The position numbers and the translations under genes were made by a program. DNA of 64,000 nt. Origin: Rhodobacteraceae bacterium UBA6213 (GTDB lineage: Bacteria > Pseudomonadota > Alphaproteobacteria > Rhodobacterales > Rhodobacteraceae). A model generated the notes under the pieces. It worked only from the letters and a program-made list of their open reading frames with translations, did not search any database and was not told the DNA's origin. Positions 38,698-47,246 of this stretch are shown one piece after another. The first letter of the stretch is position 1; each line of letters opens with the position of its first letter. The DNA lies in assembly GCA_002421605.1 (NCBI GenBank), contig DISJ01000009.1, positions 125,326 to 189,325 of the forward strand, read 5' to 3'.

Positions 38698-39039
38698 TCA
38701 TGCGCGTCGCTCGACCTGCGAGCCGCCTGAGGCGATGGTGCAGGCGCGACCAAGCGCGTCATAGCTGCTAAGGCTGCGACTTGCGCGGATGATCGTATCC
38801 AGACGGCGCTGCGCCGCACGTACGCCCTTCAAGGCAGCGGCCAACAAACGCTGGTTTTCCTGCGCGCGCGCGCGCAGTCGGCCCAGCGCATCAGGCGGCG
38901 CACCGCGCAGATCGCTAATCAACGCTTCCTTGCGCACCGCAAGTACATCCAAGCCGGAAAAGTCCCCGGCACGAATAGCGTGGCGCTCGACATCGAAGAC
39001 CTGCTCTAGCAACTCGATCGTTCGTGCGAGGTCACTCAT
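38698..39039 (-). CDS. Hypothetical 113-aa helical protein (FlgN-like chaperone candidate)
   Basis: Pattern LLEQVFDVERHAIRAGDFSGLDVLAVRKEALISDL...NQRLL resembles FlgN-family proteins. It overlaps the upstream flgJ-like gene by 8 nt. Confidence 0.4.
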   Translation of the reverse strand: MSDLARTIELLEQVFDVERHAIRAGDFSGLDVLAVRKEALISDLRGAPPDALGRLRARAQENQRLLAAALKGVRAAQRRLDTIIRASRSLSSYDALGRACTIASGGSQVERRA

Positions 39040-39322
39040 CGCCCGCTCCGCGCGTCAGCGAAGCAAACATCGCCTCGGCAAGCCCGACACCACCCGCTCG
39101 CGCCATCTGGCCGGCTTGTTCGTGGCGCAGGAATGAGGCGAACTGCTCTTCACCGACCCCGCCCCCAAAGCTTTCGCTCGCCTCACCCAACCCCGCTCCT
39201 TCGAGCATCTCGGATAGAAACACGGCCTCCAGTTCGGTCAGCGCTATTTGCAGGGCCACCTTCCCGTGGGTCGCTGGTAGCTGAGGGCGCGCAATGGCAG
39301 AAGGCAGCACGGGGTCAGACAT
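39032..39322 (-). CDS. flgJ: Rod-binding protein (FlgJ N-terminal-domain-only type)
   Basis: 96 aa. LEAVFLSEMLEGAGLG...FASFLRHEQAGQMARAGGVGLAEAMF matches the rod-binding domain. No muramidase domain is present. I chose the ATG at 39322. Confidence 0.65.
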   Translation of the reverse strand: MSDPVLPSAIARPQLPATHGKVALQIALTELEAVFLSEMLEGAGLGEASESFGGGVGEEQFASFLRHEQAGQMARAGGVGLAEAMFASLTRGAGDE

Positions 39323-39433
39323 CAGAAAGCTCCAAATGCAACAATTTTCCTGAATATGGGCAGAACCGGGTAAAGAAGCGGTAACTTCCCGCTGCCATGG
39401 TGCCTGCATCTACGGCAGAAGGTCGTTCAGGTC

Positions 39434-41662
39434 ATGGAAATCATCGCGCCTCGCGATATTCTCGGCGGCGGTATGCCCGCCACGCCAGTAAGCGCTGCGG
39501 GCGCGATTGCACCTGGTGGGGCATTTCTTGCGCTTTTTGTGCTGTTGCCTGCGGCCCCTGAAGTTTCGGCCCCCATCGCCCCCATTCCAGACGCCAGCTT
39601 TGCACTGCCGCCTTGGGCAGAGCCGCCCTTTTCACCGCTCCTCCCTCCGAACCCGCTGCCTGTGTCGCCAGTAAACGGCACAGCTTTCGCACCCAGCGCG
39701 GCGGTCGGGGCTATGCCCGAGGCCGCCCAGCCTCGAAACACCGCAGCTCCTGCGGGGCGCAAGATCGCGGCACCTTCTGGCGAGAAGGCGCTTGCTCCTC
39801 ACCGCGCGGTAGATGCGCCGGCACAGGAAGCACGCAGCGAAACGGGTCAATCAGGCCAACTCTCAACGGCAGCATCCGCGCCTTGGCCGGGCGCCATATG
39901 TGTGCCTGCCCAATTGACACCCCTCCCCGATGCCCCTCAGGCACGCGAGTTCGCTTCACCCGCCACCAGCGCGGCGATTGTTCAGGTCACTGATGCGCAC
40001 AGCGCCGTTACAGAAATTGCGTCTACGCCGCGCGCGGTCATTACCGCCGCAGCTTCGCAAGCCACAAATGCTCAGCGCGCTGCAACTATCGCACCCCCGC
40101 CAACCAACGCGCCAATGCAACGCATTGAGATTCCAACTAAAAATAACCGCGCTGACCCGGCGCCGGCGCCCCCGCCACCCCTACGCGCGCTTGCAGCAGA
40201 GTCGCAACCGGTGCAGAGGCACCCAACCATAGAACCGTCAGATAGGGTGGCGAAGTCCGAACCGATGGCTGCGATTGGAAACAAGCGTGCACGCGTCGCG
40301 CCAGACCCGGAACACGACGATGCACCAAACCCTTTGGCGGACCCGATTCGCCCTCGCGAATTGCATGCGCATGCCCAGCCAGATCAGCGGATGGATGCAA
40401 CAACTGCCGTCAAAGCGGCGGCAGTAAACGATCTGATCGTAAACGAACCTGCTGCGGCTTCGCCCGCAGATGCTGGTCGCGAAACCGCGCAAATCGGGGC
40501 AAAGGGCATCGACCAGCAACGCGATCCCACTCGCCAGATCCAGGTGGAGACACAGGCAGCCACACCCGCCAACACTGGCCCCCGCGCCGGTTTCAGTGTT
40601 GAAGTGCGGGTGCATCCAGAACCTTGGGTGGTGGCGCGCACGTTCCCCGGTGCCGGGGTCGTCGCACCCAGCTTGCCCCCGGCATTTTCTGACGCAACAC
40701 CCCCACCGGTCGACACCAGCGCACCGCCTACCCAACCAGCTAAGCCAGAGCCCGCGAACACTTTGGCCCACGCGACGCCAGCTATTGCGCCAACCGCGAG
40801 CGTTTCAGCCCCTACCACTGTTACGGCAATCACCGCGCCCACGACGCATTTACGCGTCGAGCATGGCGAACCTGAATCCCAAGCAACCGCCCCGGATTCT
40901 CTGGGTGGGGCCGGTGTCGGCGGCACCGCGCCCGATAAATCGGCTTCGACCGCGCTACCCGAAGCCCGCACCACGGTGCCGTTGGCTGATTTTGTCCCGC
41001 TGCGCGAGGCCGCGCCAATGGGCCAGGCCAAGCCTGCGCAGTTTGCCGAGGCCGCGCTGCAACCAGCGGCCACGCCAGACAACGCTGCGCCGCCAGACAC
41101 CCGCGCGCACACACATTTCGAGAGCATCGCACTGCCGCCCGACCAGGCCGCACCACACCGCACCGACGTCGAGATCGGCGTGCAGACCGCACCTTTGAGC
41201 AACAGCGAAAGATCTGCGGTCAACACCGCCGCTTTGCATCCCCACGGCGTCGAAACCGGCGCGGCGGTGGTGCGCCAGCTAATCGCCTCGGCCGCGCACA
41301 GCACTGACCGCGTTGTAGAGGTATCGCTAGCACCAGAAGAGCTTGGTCGCGTGCGCATGACCCTCACCACGGTCGACCACGGAATGTCGGTTGCGCTGCA
41401 GGCAGAGCGACCCGAAACCCTCGACCTGATGCGCCGCCATATCGATCAGCTAGCTCGCGATTTTCGCGACCTCGGGTATTCCAGCATCAGTTTCAGCTTT
41501 GGCGACCGACCGCAGCACCAGCAGGCGCAACCCGACACACCCGCGCCGCTTGACCCTGCGTCGCAAGAACCCCAGGCCGCCGCCCGCGCTGTGGTCGAGA
41601 TCGATAGAGCGCGCACACAACCCTTACCGTCCACCCTTGGCGGGCTGGACCTAAGGCTCTGA
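39434..41662 (+). CDS. fliK: Flagellar hook-length control protein FliK (long Pro/Ala-rich form)
   Basis: C-terminal hook-length-control domain VEVSLAPEELGRVRMTLTTVDHGMSVALQAERPETLDLMRRHIDQLARDFRDLGY. The N-terminal ~600 aa are low complexity. It lies upstream of flgD. Confidence 0.8.
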   Translation: MEIIAPRDILGGGMPATPVSAAGAIAPGGAFLALFVLLPAAPEVSAPIAPIPDASFALPPWAEPPFSPLLPPNPLPVSPVNGTAFAPSAAVGAMPEAAQPRNTAAPAGRKIAAPSGEKALAPHRAVDAPAQEARSETGQSGQLSTAASAPWPGAICVPAQLTPLPDAPQAREFASPATSAAIVQVTDAHSAVTEIASTPRAVITAAASQATNAQRAATIAPPPTNAPMQRIEIPTKNNRADPAPAPPPPLRALAAESQPVQRHPTIEPSDRVAKSEPMAAIGNKRARVAPDPEHDDAPNPLADPIRPRELHAHAQPDQRMDATTAVKAAAVNDLIVNEPAAASPADAGRETAQIGAKGIDQQRDPTRQIQVETQAATPANTGPRAGFSVEVRVHPEPWVVARTFPGAGVVAPSLPPAFSDATPPPVDTSAPPTQPAKPEPANTLAHATPAIAPTASVSAPTTVTAITAPTTHLRVEHGEPESQATAPDSLGGAGVGGTAPDKSASTALPEARTTVPLADFVPLREAAPMGQAKPAQFAEAALQPAATPDNAAPPDTRAHTHFESIALPPDQAAPHRTDVEIGVQTAPLSNSERSAVNTAALHPHGVETGAAVVRQLIASAAHSTDRVVEVSLAPEELGRVRMTLTTVDHGMSVALQAERPETLDLMRRHIDQLARDFRDLGYSSISFSFGDRPQHQQAQPDTPAPLDPASQEPQAAARAVVEIDRARTQPLPSTLGGLDLRL

Positions 41663-41674
41663 AAGGAAAACAGA

Positions 41675-42352
41675 ATGGTATATGCCGTAAGCGGCCAGAC
41701 TTCGGGCAACACCGCAACTGCCGCGCAAACAACAGACACTGCGATGATTAGCAGTGATTATCAGACCTTCCTGATGATGCTGACCACGCAAATGCAGAAT
41801 CAAGACCCACTGAACCCGATCGAAAGCTCTGATTACGCGGTGCAACTGGCGACATTTTCAGGGGTCGAGCAACAGGTCAAAAGCAACCAGTTGCTCGAAT
41901 CGCTCTCGGCGCAAATGGGTCTTCTTGGCATGGCGCAATTTGCAAGTTGGGTGGGTATGGAGGCGCGCACAGCCGCACCGGTGCAGTTCGATGGCACGAC
42001 CCCGGTGACACTCGCGCCAAACCCACCCGCCGCGGCCAGCCGCACCGTTCTGGTAACAGTCAACGCGATCGGGCAAGAGGCTGCGCGCACCGAAATCGCA
42101 GTATCCTCTGATCCGATCAACTGGACCGGGCAGAACAGTTCGGGCGACGCCTTCATGGCGGGGCAATACAGCTTTTATCTCGAAAGCTTCGACGCCAGCG
42201 GCACCATGATTTCAAGTGACATGGTCGAGGCCTATTCGCGCATCACCGAGGCGCGCGGCGGCGCAAATGGCACGACCTTGGTTCTGGCGGGCGGGGCAAC
42301 GGTCGGCTCGGACGAGATCACGGCGTTGCGCGCCGCGCCGAGCGCAAACTAG
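41675..42352 (+). CDS. flgD: Flagellar hook capping/assembly protein FlgD
   Basis: DYQTFLMMLTTQMQNQDPLNPIESSDYAVQLATFSGVEQ is the FlgD signature. Confidence 0.9.
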   Translation: MVYAVSGQTSGNTATAAQTTDTAMISSDYQTFLMMLTTQMQNQDPLNPIESSDYAVQLATFSGVEQQVKSNQLLESLSAQMGLLGMAQFASWVGMEARTAAPVQFDGTTPVTLAPNPPAAASRTVLVTVNAIGQEAARTEIAVSSDPINWTGQNSSGDAFMAGQYSFYLESFDASGTMISSDMVEAYSRITEARGGANGTTLVLAGGATVGSDEITALRAAPSAN

Positions 42353-43881
42353 GCCAGCGCCACCAGCAGCAGCGCAATAACGCCAACCAGCGTGCCTCCC
42401 GCAGCAAACAGCACCACATCGCGGCCGCGCCGGGGCGGCGGCGGCGGTGGCGGTGATTCGGATTGCTGTTGCAGCATATTCTCGACAATGCCCGGCAATT
42501 TCGGTCCGAAACTCGCTAGCACCCGCGCGCTGCGCGCAAGGTCGCGAACCATGGCGTGCGGGCCGAGGTTCTGGCGGATGTAGGTGGCGACCACGGGCTT
42601 TGCCACCTCCCACATGTTGAGCGACGGGTTCAGCGAGCGTGCTACCCCCTCGACCACCACCATCGTGCGTTGCAGCAAGATCAATTCGGTGCGCGTTTGC
42701 ATACCGAACCGCTCTGTCACTTCAAAAAGATAGGCAAGCAGCCGCGCCATCGAGATGTTGCTGGCCTGCATGCCGAAGATCGGCTCGCCCACCGCGCGCA
42801 GGGCACGCGCAAAATCATCTACCGAGCGGTCGCGCGGCACATAGCCTGCCTCAAAATGCACTTCGGCAACGCGTCGGTAATCCTTGCGGATGAAACCCAT
42901 CAGGATTTCGGCATACACGCGGCGCGAATACTCGTCGATTTGGCCCATAATGCCGAAATCATAGGCAATAATGTCGCCGTTGGCCGCCACCTTCAGGTTG
43001 CCCTGATGCATGTCGGCGTGAAAATACCCGTCGCGTAGCGCATGGCTGAGAAACAGCTGAAGCACCCTTCCAGAAAGCTCTGCAAGGTCGTGCCCGGCAG
43101 CTCGTAGCGCCTCTATATCGCCCATCGCGATGCCATCGACCCAATCGAGCGTCATGACTCGACGCGCCGACAGATCCCAATGCGGGCGCGGCGCGGCAAA
43201 GCCCGCGTCGCCTTCGGTATTGGCACAAAACTCCAGTGCAGCAGCGGCTTCCATACGCAGATCAAGCTCGCCCAGCACCACGCTTTCGAAATGCGCGATC
43301 ACGTCCGATGGGCGCAGACGGCGTGACGACGGCGAAATCAGCTCGATCATCCGTGCGGCAAAGTGGAACGCGTCGAGGTCCTTGCGAAACGCCCGCTCAA
43401 TGCCCGGGCGAAGGATCTTGACCGCCACCTTTGCGCCGGTATCGACGCGCCGCGCAGCGTGTACCTGCGCAATCGAAGCTGCAGCGACAGGCTCGGAAAA
43501 CTCCGAAAAGATTGCCTCAACAGGCCGGCCCAGCTCGGATGCAACCGAGGCTTTTGCTTCGGCCACCGAAAACGGCGGCAGGCGGTCTTGCAGCACCGTT
43601 AGCTGTTCGGCCAGCTCTATGCCCACAACATCGGGGCGCGTTGAAAGCACCTGCCCGAACTTGATGTAGGCGGGGCCGAGCGCCGTCAGCGCGCGGGTAA
43701 TCGGCGGCAGCGCAGGATCGCCCTTGAGGCCAAGCCACGCAAAAGGCCAGCCTAGCACGCGCGCCAAAAGCCGCAAACGCGGCGGCACATCCAGCGCCTC
43801 GAGCGCAAGTTTCATCGCGCCGGTTCGCTCGAACGTAGCGCCGGTGATAATCAGCCGCCAGAGATTGTGCGGGCCCCGCAT
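42349..43881 (-). CDS. ubiB: Ubiquinone biosynthesis regulatory kinase-like protein UbiB (ABC1 family)
   Basis: LGPAYIKFGQVLSTRPD, AASIAQVH, YFHADMHQGNL and a C-terminal TM. Confidence 0.9.
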   Translation of the reverse strand: MRGPHNLWRLIITGATFERTGAMKLALEALDVPPRLRLLARVLGWPFAWLGLKGDPALPPITRALTALGPAYIKFGQVLSTRPDVVGIELAEQLTVLQDRLPPFSVAEAKASVASELGRPVEAIFSEFSEPVAAASIAQVHAARRVDTGAKVAVKILRPGIERAFRKDLDAFHFAARMIELISPSSRRLRPSDVIAHFESVVLGELDLRMEAAAALEFCANTEGDAGFAAPRPHWDLSARRVMTLDWVDGIAMGDIEALRAAGHDLAELSGRVLQLFLSHALRDGYFHADMHQGNLKVAANGDIIAYDFGIMGQIDEYSRRVYAEILMGFIRKDYRRVAEVHFEAGYVPRDRSVDDFARALRAVGEPIFGMQASNISMARLLAYLFEVTERFGMQTRTELILLQRTMVVVEGVARSLNPSLNMWEVAKPVVATYIRQNLGPHAMVRDLARSARVLASFGPKLPGIVENMLQQQSESPPPPPPPRRGRDVVLFAAGGTLVGVIALLLVALA

Positions 43882-43882
43882 C

Positions 43883-44635
43883 CTAGAGCTTCCAGCCAGA
43901 GTGCAGCGCGGCTATGCCCATGCTCAGATTGCGGTATTTCACTTGGCCAAAACCCGCCGCGCGGATCATGCGCGCAAAGCTTTCCTGGTCGGGGAACTTG
44001 CGGATCGATTCGACAAGGTATTGATAGCTTGCACGGTCTTTGGCGACCAGTTCGCCCAGCACCGGGATCACGTTGAAGGAATAGCGATCATAGGCCCATT
44101 GCATTGCCGGGTTCGGCAACTGGCTGAACTCTAGCACCATCAGCCGCCCACCGGGGCGCAGCACGCGATACGCTTCGGACAGCACGTCCTGAATGCGCGT
44201 CACGTTTCGGATGCCGAAACTCATGGTGAAAACATCATAAGAATTGTCAGCAAACGGCAGCGCCATTGCATCGGCCACCACCCATTCAAGCCGACTGGCA
44301 AGGTTTTCCGCCTCGGCCCGCTTCTGGCCCTCCAGCAGCATGCTTTCGGTCATGTCGCAAACGGTGGCCGTGGCCCCCGGCGCGCGCCCAAGAAAGCGAA
44401 ACGCAACGTCGCCCGTGCCGCCCGCCATATCAAGCAGCCGCTGGCCTGCGCGTGGTGCCAGCCAATCCATCATCGCGTCTTTCCAGAGCCGGTGGATACC
44501 AAGGCTCATCAGATCGTTCATGATGTCGTATTTTGAAGCAACGCGGGTGAATACCCCGTGCACCATACCGGCCTTTTCACCCTCGTTTACGGTTTGAAAG
44601 CCAAAATGCGTGGTGTTCTGGGTGTTGTCCGTCAT
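43883..44635 (-). CDS. ubiE: Demethylmenaquinone/ubiquinone C-methyltransferase UbiE
   Basis: [32 protein letters not shown] motif [10 protein letters not shown]. It lies upstream of ubiB. Confidence 0.9.
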   Translation of the reverse strand: MTDNTQNTTHFGFQTVNEGEKAGMVHGVFTRVASKYDIMNDLMSLGIHRLWKDAMMDWLAPRAGQRLLDMAGGTGDVAFRFLGRAPGATATVCDMTESMLLEGQKRAEAENLASRLEWVVADAMALPFADNSYDVFTMSFGIRNVTRIQDVLSEAYRVLRPGGRLMVLEFSQLPNPAMQWAYDRYSFNVIPVLGELVAKDRASYQYLVESIRKFPDQESFARMIRAAGFGQVKYRNLSMGIAALHSGWKL

Positions 44636-44714
44636 GGGCCTTGCCGATCCTGAATGCTGCCCCCCTTATAGGCGGCACAGCGGCCAAGACAATGCGGCAA
44701 CGCGAGGAAGAGCC

Positions 44715-45566
44715 ATGCCGGAACTGCCCGAAGTGGAAACCGTGCGCCGTGGCCTTGCCCCGGCAATGGAAGGCCACCTGATCGAGCGGGCCGAGATTCG
44801 GCGCCCCAATCTGCGCTGGCCACTGCCCGAGCGCATGGCAGATCGGTTGCAAAGCGCGCGCGTATTGGTGCTGCGGCGGCGGTCAAAATACCTGCTGGCA
44901 GACCTGAGCACCGGCGAATCGCTTTTGATTCATCTTGGCATGTCCGGGCGAATGCTGGTGTCCGGCACGAACTTGGGCAGTTTTCACTACCCTCACCCCG
45001 CGCCGCAAAAGCATGACCATGTGGTGCTGCATATGGACGCAGGCGCTCGCATCACCTTTAACGACGCCCGCCGATTCGGCGCGATGGACTTGATGGCGAC
45101 CGCCGCTGCGCCCGACCACTGGCTCTTGCGCGACATAGGGCCAGAGCCATTTGGCAACGAATTTGACGAAGAATACCTCGTAGCGCGCCTGAAAGGGCGC
45201 GCCAGCCCGATCAAAACGGCCCTGCTCGATCAACGCGTCGTCGCGGGGCTTGGCAATATATATGCAAGTGAGGTGCTGCACCGAGCAGGTATTGATCCGC
45301 AGCGCGCAGTCAGGCGGATCAGCGCGGTTCGAATCGCCTCGTTGGTGGCGATCATTCGACAGGTGCTATCCGAAGCGATCGAGGCGGGTGGTTCGAGCTT
45401 GCGTGATCATCGCCAGCCTGACGGTGAGCTTGGTTATTTTCAGCACGTGTTCCGGGTCTATGACCGCGAGGGAGCGCCCTGCCCGCGACCCGGTTGCGGT
45501 GGTACCATTCGGCGCATCACCCAAGCGGGGCGTTCAAGCTACCTCTGCCCCGTTTGCCAGAGATGA
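44715..45566 (+). CDS. mutM: Formamidopyrimidine-DNA glycosylase
   Basis: N-terminus [14 protein letters not shown] and C-terminal zinc finger [27 protein letters not shown]. Confidence 0.9.
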   Translation: MPELPEVETVRRGLAPAMEGHLIERAEIRRPNLRWPLPERMADRLQSARVLVLRRRSKYLLADLSTGESLLIHLGMSGRMLVSGTNLGSFHYPHPAPQKHDHVVLHMDAGARITFNDARRFGAMDLMATAAAPDHWLLRDIGPEPFGNEFDEEYLVARLKGRASPIKTALLDQRVVAGLGNIYASEVLHRAGIDPQRAVRRISAVRIASLVAIIRQVLSEAIEAGGSSLRDHRQPDGELGYFQHVFRVYDREGAPCPRPGCGGTIRRITQAGRSSYLCPVCQR

Positions 45567-45626
45567 CTTGATAATCGCCCGCCGAGTGTTAGGAGTCGCC
45601 CCCGGACTTCTGGAAAGGGGCGCCCA

Positions 45627-46403
45627 ATGGCCTACCAAACCTTGATCGTCGAGATTGAAGACAATGTAGCCCTGATCCGGCTCAATCGCCCCGAGGCGCT
45701 CAACGCGCTCAATGCGCAGCTTCTGGGCGAACTTGCCGAGGTGCTGAAAGCCGCGGACAGCAACGACAAGGTGCGTTGCATCGTCCTTACCGGATCGGAA
45801 AAGGCATTTGCAGCGGGTGCTGACATCAAGGAAATGGCCGACAAAAGCTTTGTCGACATGTTCACTTCGGATTATTTCGGCACCCAAACCGAAGATCTTT
45901 TGCGCGTGCGCAAGCCGATCATCGCCGCTGTATCAGGCTATGCGCTTGGCGGCGGGTGCGAGCTTGCGATGATGTGCGATTTCATTATCGCCTCCGAATC
46001 GGCCAAGTTCGGCCAGCCGGAAATCAACCTTGGCGTGGTGGCAGGCATCGGTGGCACGCAGCGGCTGACCCGATTCGTCGGCAAATCGAAATCGATGGAC
46101 ATGCATCTGACCGGCCGCTTCATGGATGCCGCCGAAGCGGAGCGTTCGGGGCTGGTCAGCCGTGTTGTGCCCGTGGGCAAGCTGCTTCCCGAGGCGATGG
46201 ACGCGGCGCGCAAAATTGCCGCAAAGTCGGCGTTGAGCGCGATGGTTGTAAAAGAATCGGTCAACCGCGCCTATGAGACCACCCTGCGCGAAGGCATCCT
46301 GTTCGAGCGGCGCGTGTTTCACGCGCTGTTTTCTACCGAAGACCAGAAAGAGGGCATGAACGCCTTTCTTGAAAAGCGCCAACCGCAATTCCGCGACCGA
46401 TAG
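45627..46403 (+). CDS. Enoyl-CoA hydratase (crotonase family)
   Basis: [35 protein letters not shown]. Confidence 0.9.
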   Translation: MAYQTLIVEIEDNVALIRLNRPEALNALNAQLLGELAEVLKAADSNDKVRCIVLTGSEKAFAAGADIKEMADKSFVDMFTSDYFGTQTEDLLRVRKPIIAAVSGYALGGGCELAMMCDFIIASESAKFGQPEINLGVVAGIGGTQRLTRFVGKSKSMDMHLTGRFMDAAEAERSGLVSRVVPVGKLLPEAMDAARKIAAKSALSAMVVKESVNRAYETTLREGILFERRVFHALFSTEDQKEGMNAFLEKRQPQFRDR

Positions 46404-46425
46404 GTGTTTTTCTCGCCCCGCCCCG

Positions 46426-46454
46426 TTGACTTGCCCATGAGTCGCGCATAGAAG
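46426..46454 (+). promoter_or_regulatory. Candidate sigma70-type rpsT promoter TTGACT-N17-TAGAAG
   Basis: The hexamers were read directly ~45 nt upstream of the rpsT ATG. A 7-bp inverted repeat GTCGCGC/GCGCGAC (46441-46460) brackets the -10 element. Confidence 0.35.
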
Positions 46455-46495
46455 CGCGACTTCAGGATTACCTACCGAAATCGGAAGATTTATAC

Positions 46496-46762
46496 ATGGC
46501 CAATACGCCCCAATCCAAGAAGCGCGCACGCCAGAACGAGCGCCGCAGTGATGTAAACAAAGCGCGCCGTTCTCGGATCCGCACTTTCTTGCGCAAGGTT
46601 GAAGAAGCGCTTGCCTCTGGCAGCGCAGACGCCGCCACTACCGCGCTGCGCGCTGCCGAGCCGGAACTGGCTCGTGGTGTCACCAAAGGTGTGCTTCACA
46701 AGAACACTCTGGCGCGCAAAATGTCGCGCCTTACTGCCCGCGCAAAGGCGCTGGCGGTCTGA
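46496..46762 (+). CDS. rpsT: 30S ribosomal protein S20
   Basis: [17 protein letters not shown]...[18 protein letters not shown] is the S20 signature. Confidence 0.95.
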   Translation: MANTPQSKKRARQNERRSDVNKARRSRIRTFLRKVEEALASGSADAATTALRAAEPELARGVTKGVLHKNTLARKMSRLTARAKALAV

Positions 46763-46787
46763 TCTGAAAGCATAATCTCGTTTGCAA

Positions 46788-46814
46788 AGGGCGCTCCTTC
46801 GGGTGGCGCCCTTT
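46788..46814 (+). terminator. Rho-independent terminator of rpsT
   Basis: GGGCGC..UUCG..GCGCCC stem-loop followed by TTTTCGCATTTTC. Confidence 0.7.
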
Positions 46815-47246
46815 TCGCATTTTCAACAAAAACAATAACTTACACTGACTGTGGCACGCGCGACAGATTCGCTGCGACATTTCCGAGTCAAGCTCGAAGT
46901 TTGGTTGCGCGGTCTGCCGCCAACTTGCTAGCGTGGTTCTTGCGATTCACGTTGTCTGGGGGACATGACGCATTGCACAACCTTCCGGCCTATGGCCGTT
47001 AGGGCAGACTGCCATTTGCAAGGCAGCGCAATGCGAACGGTTAGCTCGGCCTTAGCGCCGAACTGCTTTGAGGGCTGTTGACTACAGATGCTTCTGTAGC
47101 CGAAGTTTCATGTCTTTCGTTTAACCGCCACCGAGGCGGAATGGTTCAGGGCTCTTGCCCCGATGCAACCTTTCCGAACTGGTGCGCTGTTTGGCGATTC
47201 CCACCGTCGTCGAAGTCGCGGGCGATTACGCTGCGGGGATGGCCGA

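Noticed and set aside
40384-41370. 328-aa ORF antisense to fliK
   Set aside because: It is generated by the Pro/Ala-rich (GC-rich) fliK ruler region. Its Ala/Gly/Ser/Val composition is low complexity. The fliK frame ends in a recognisable hook-length-control domain, so that frame is the real one.
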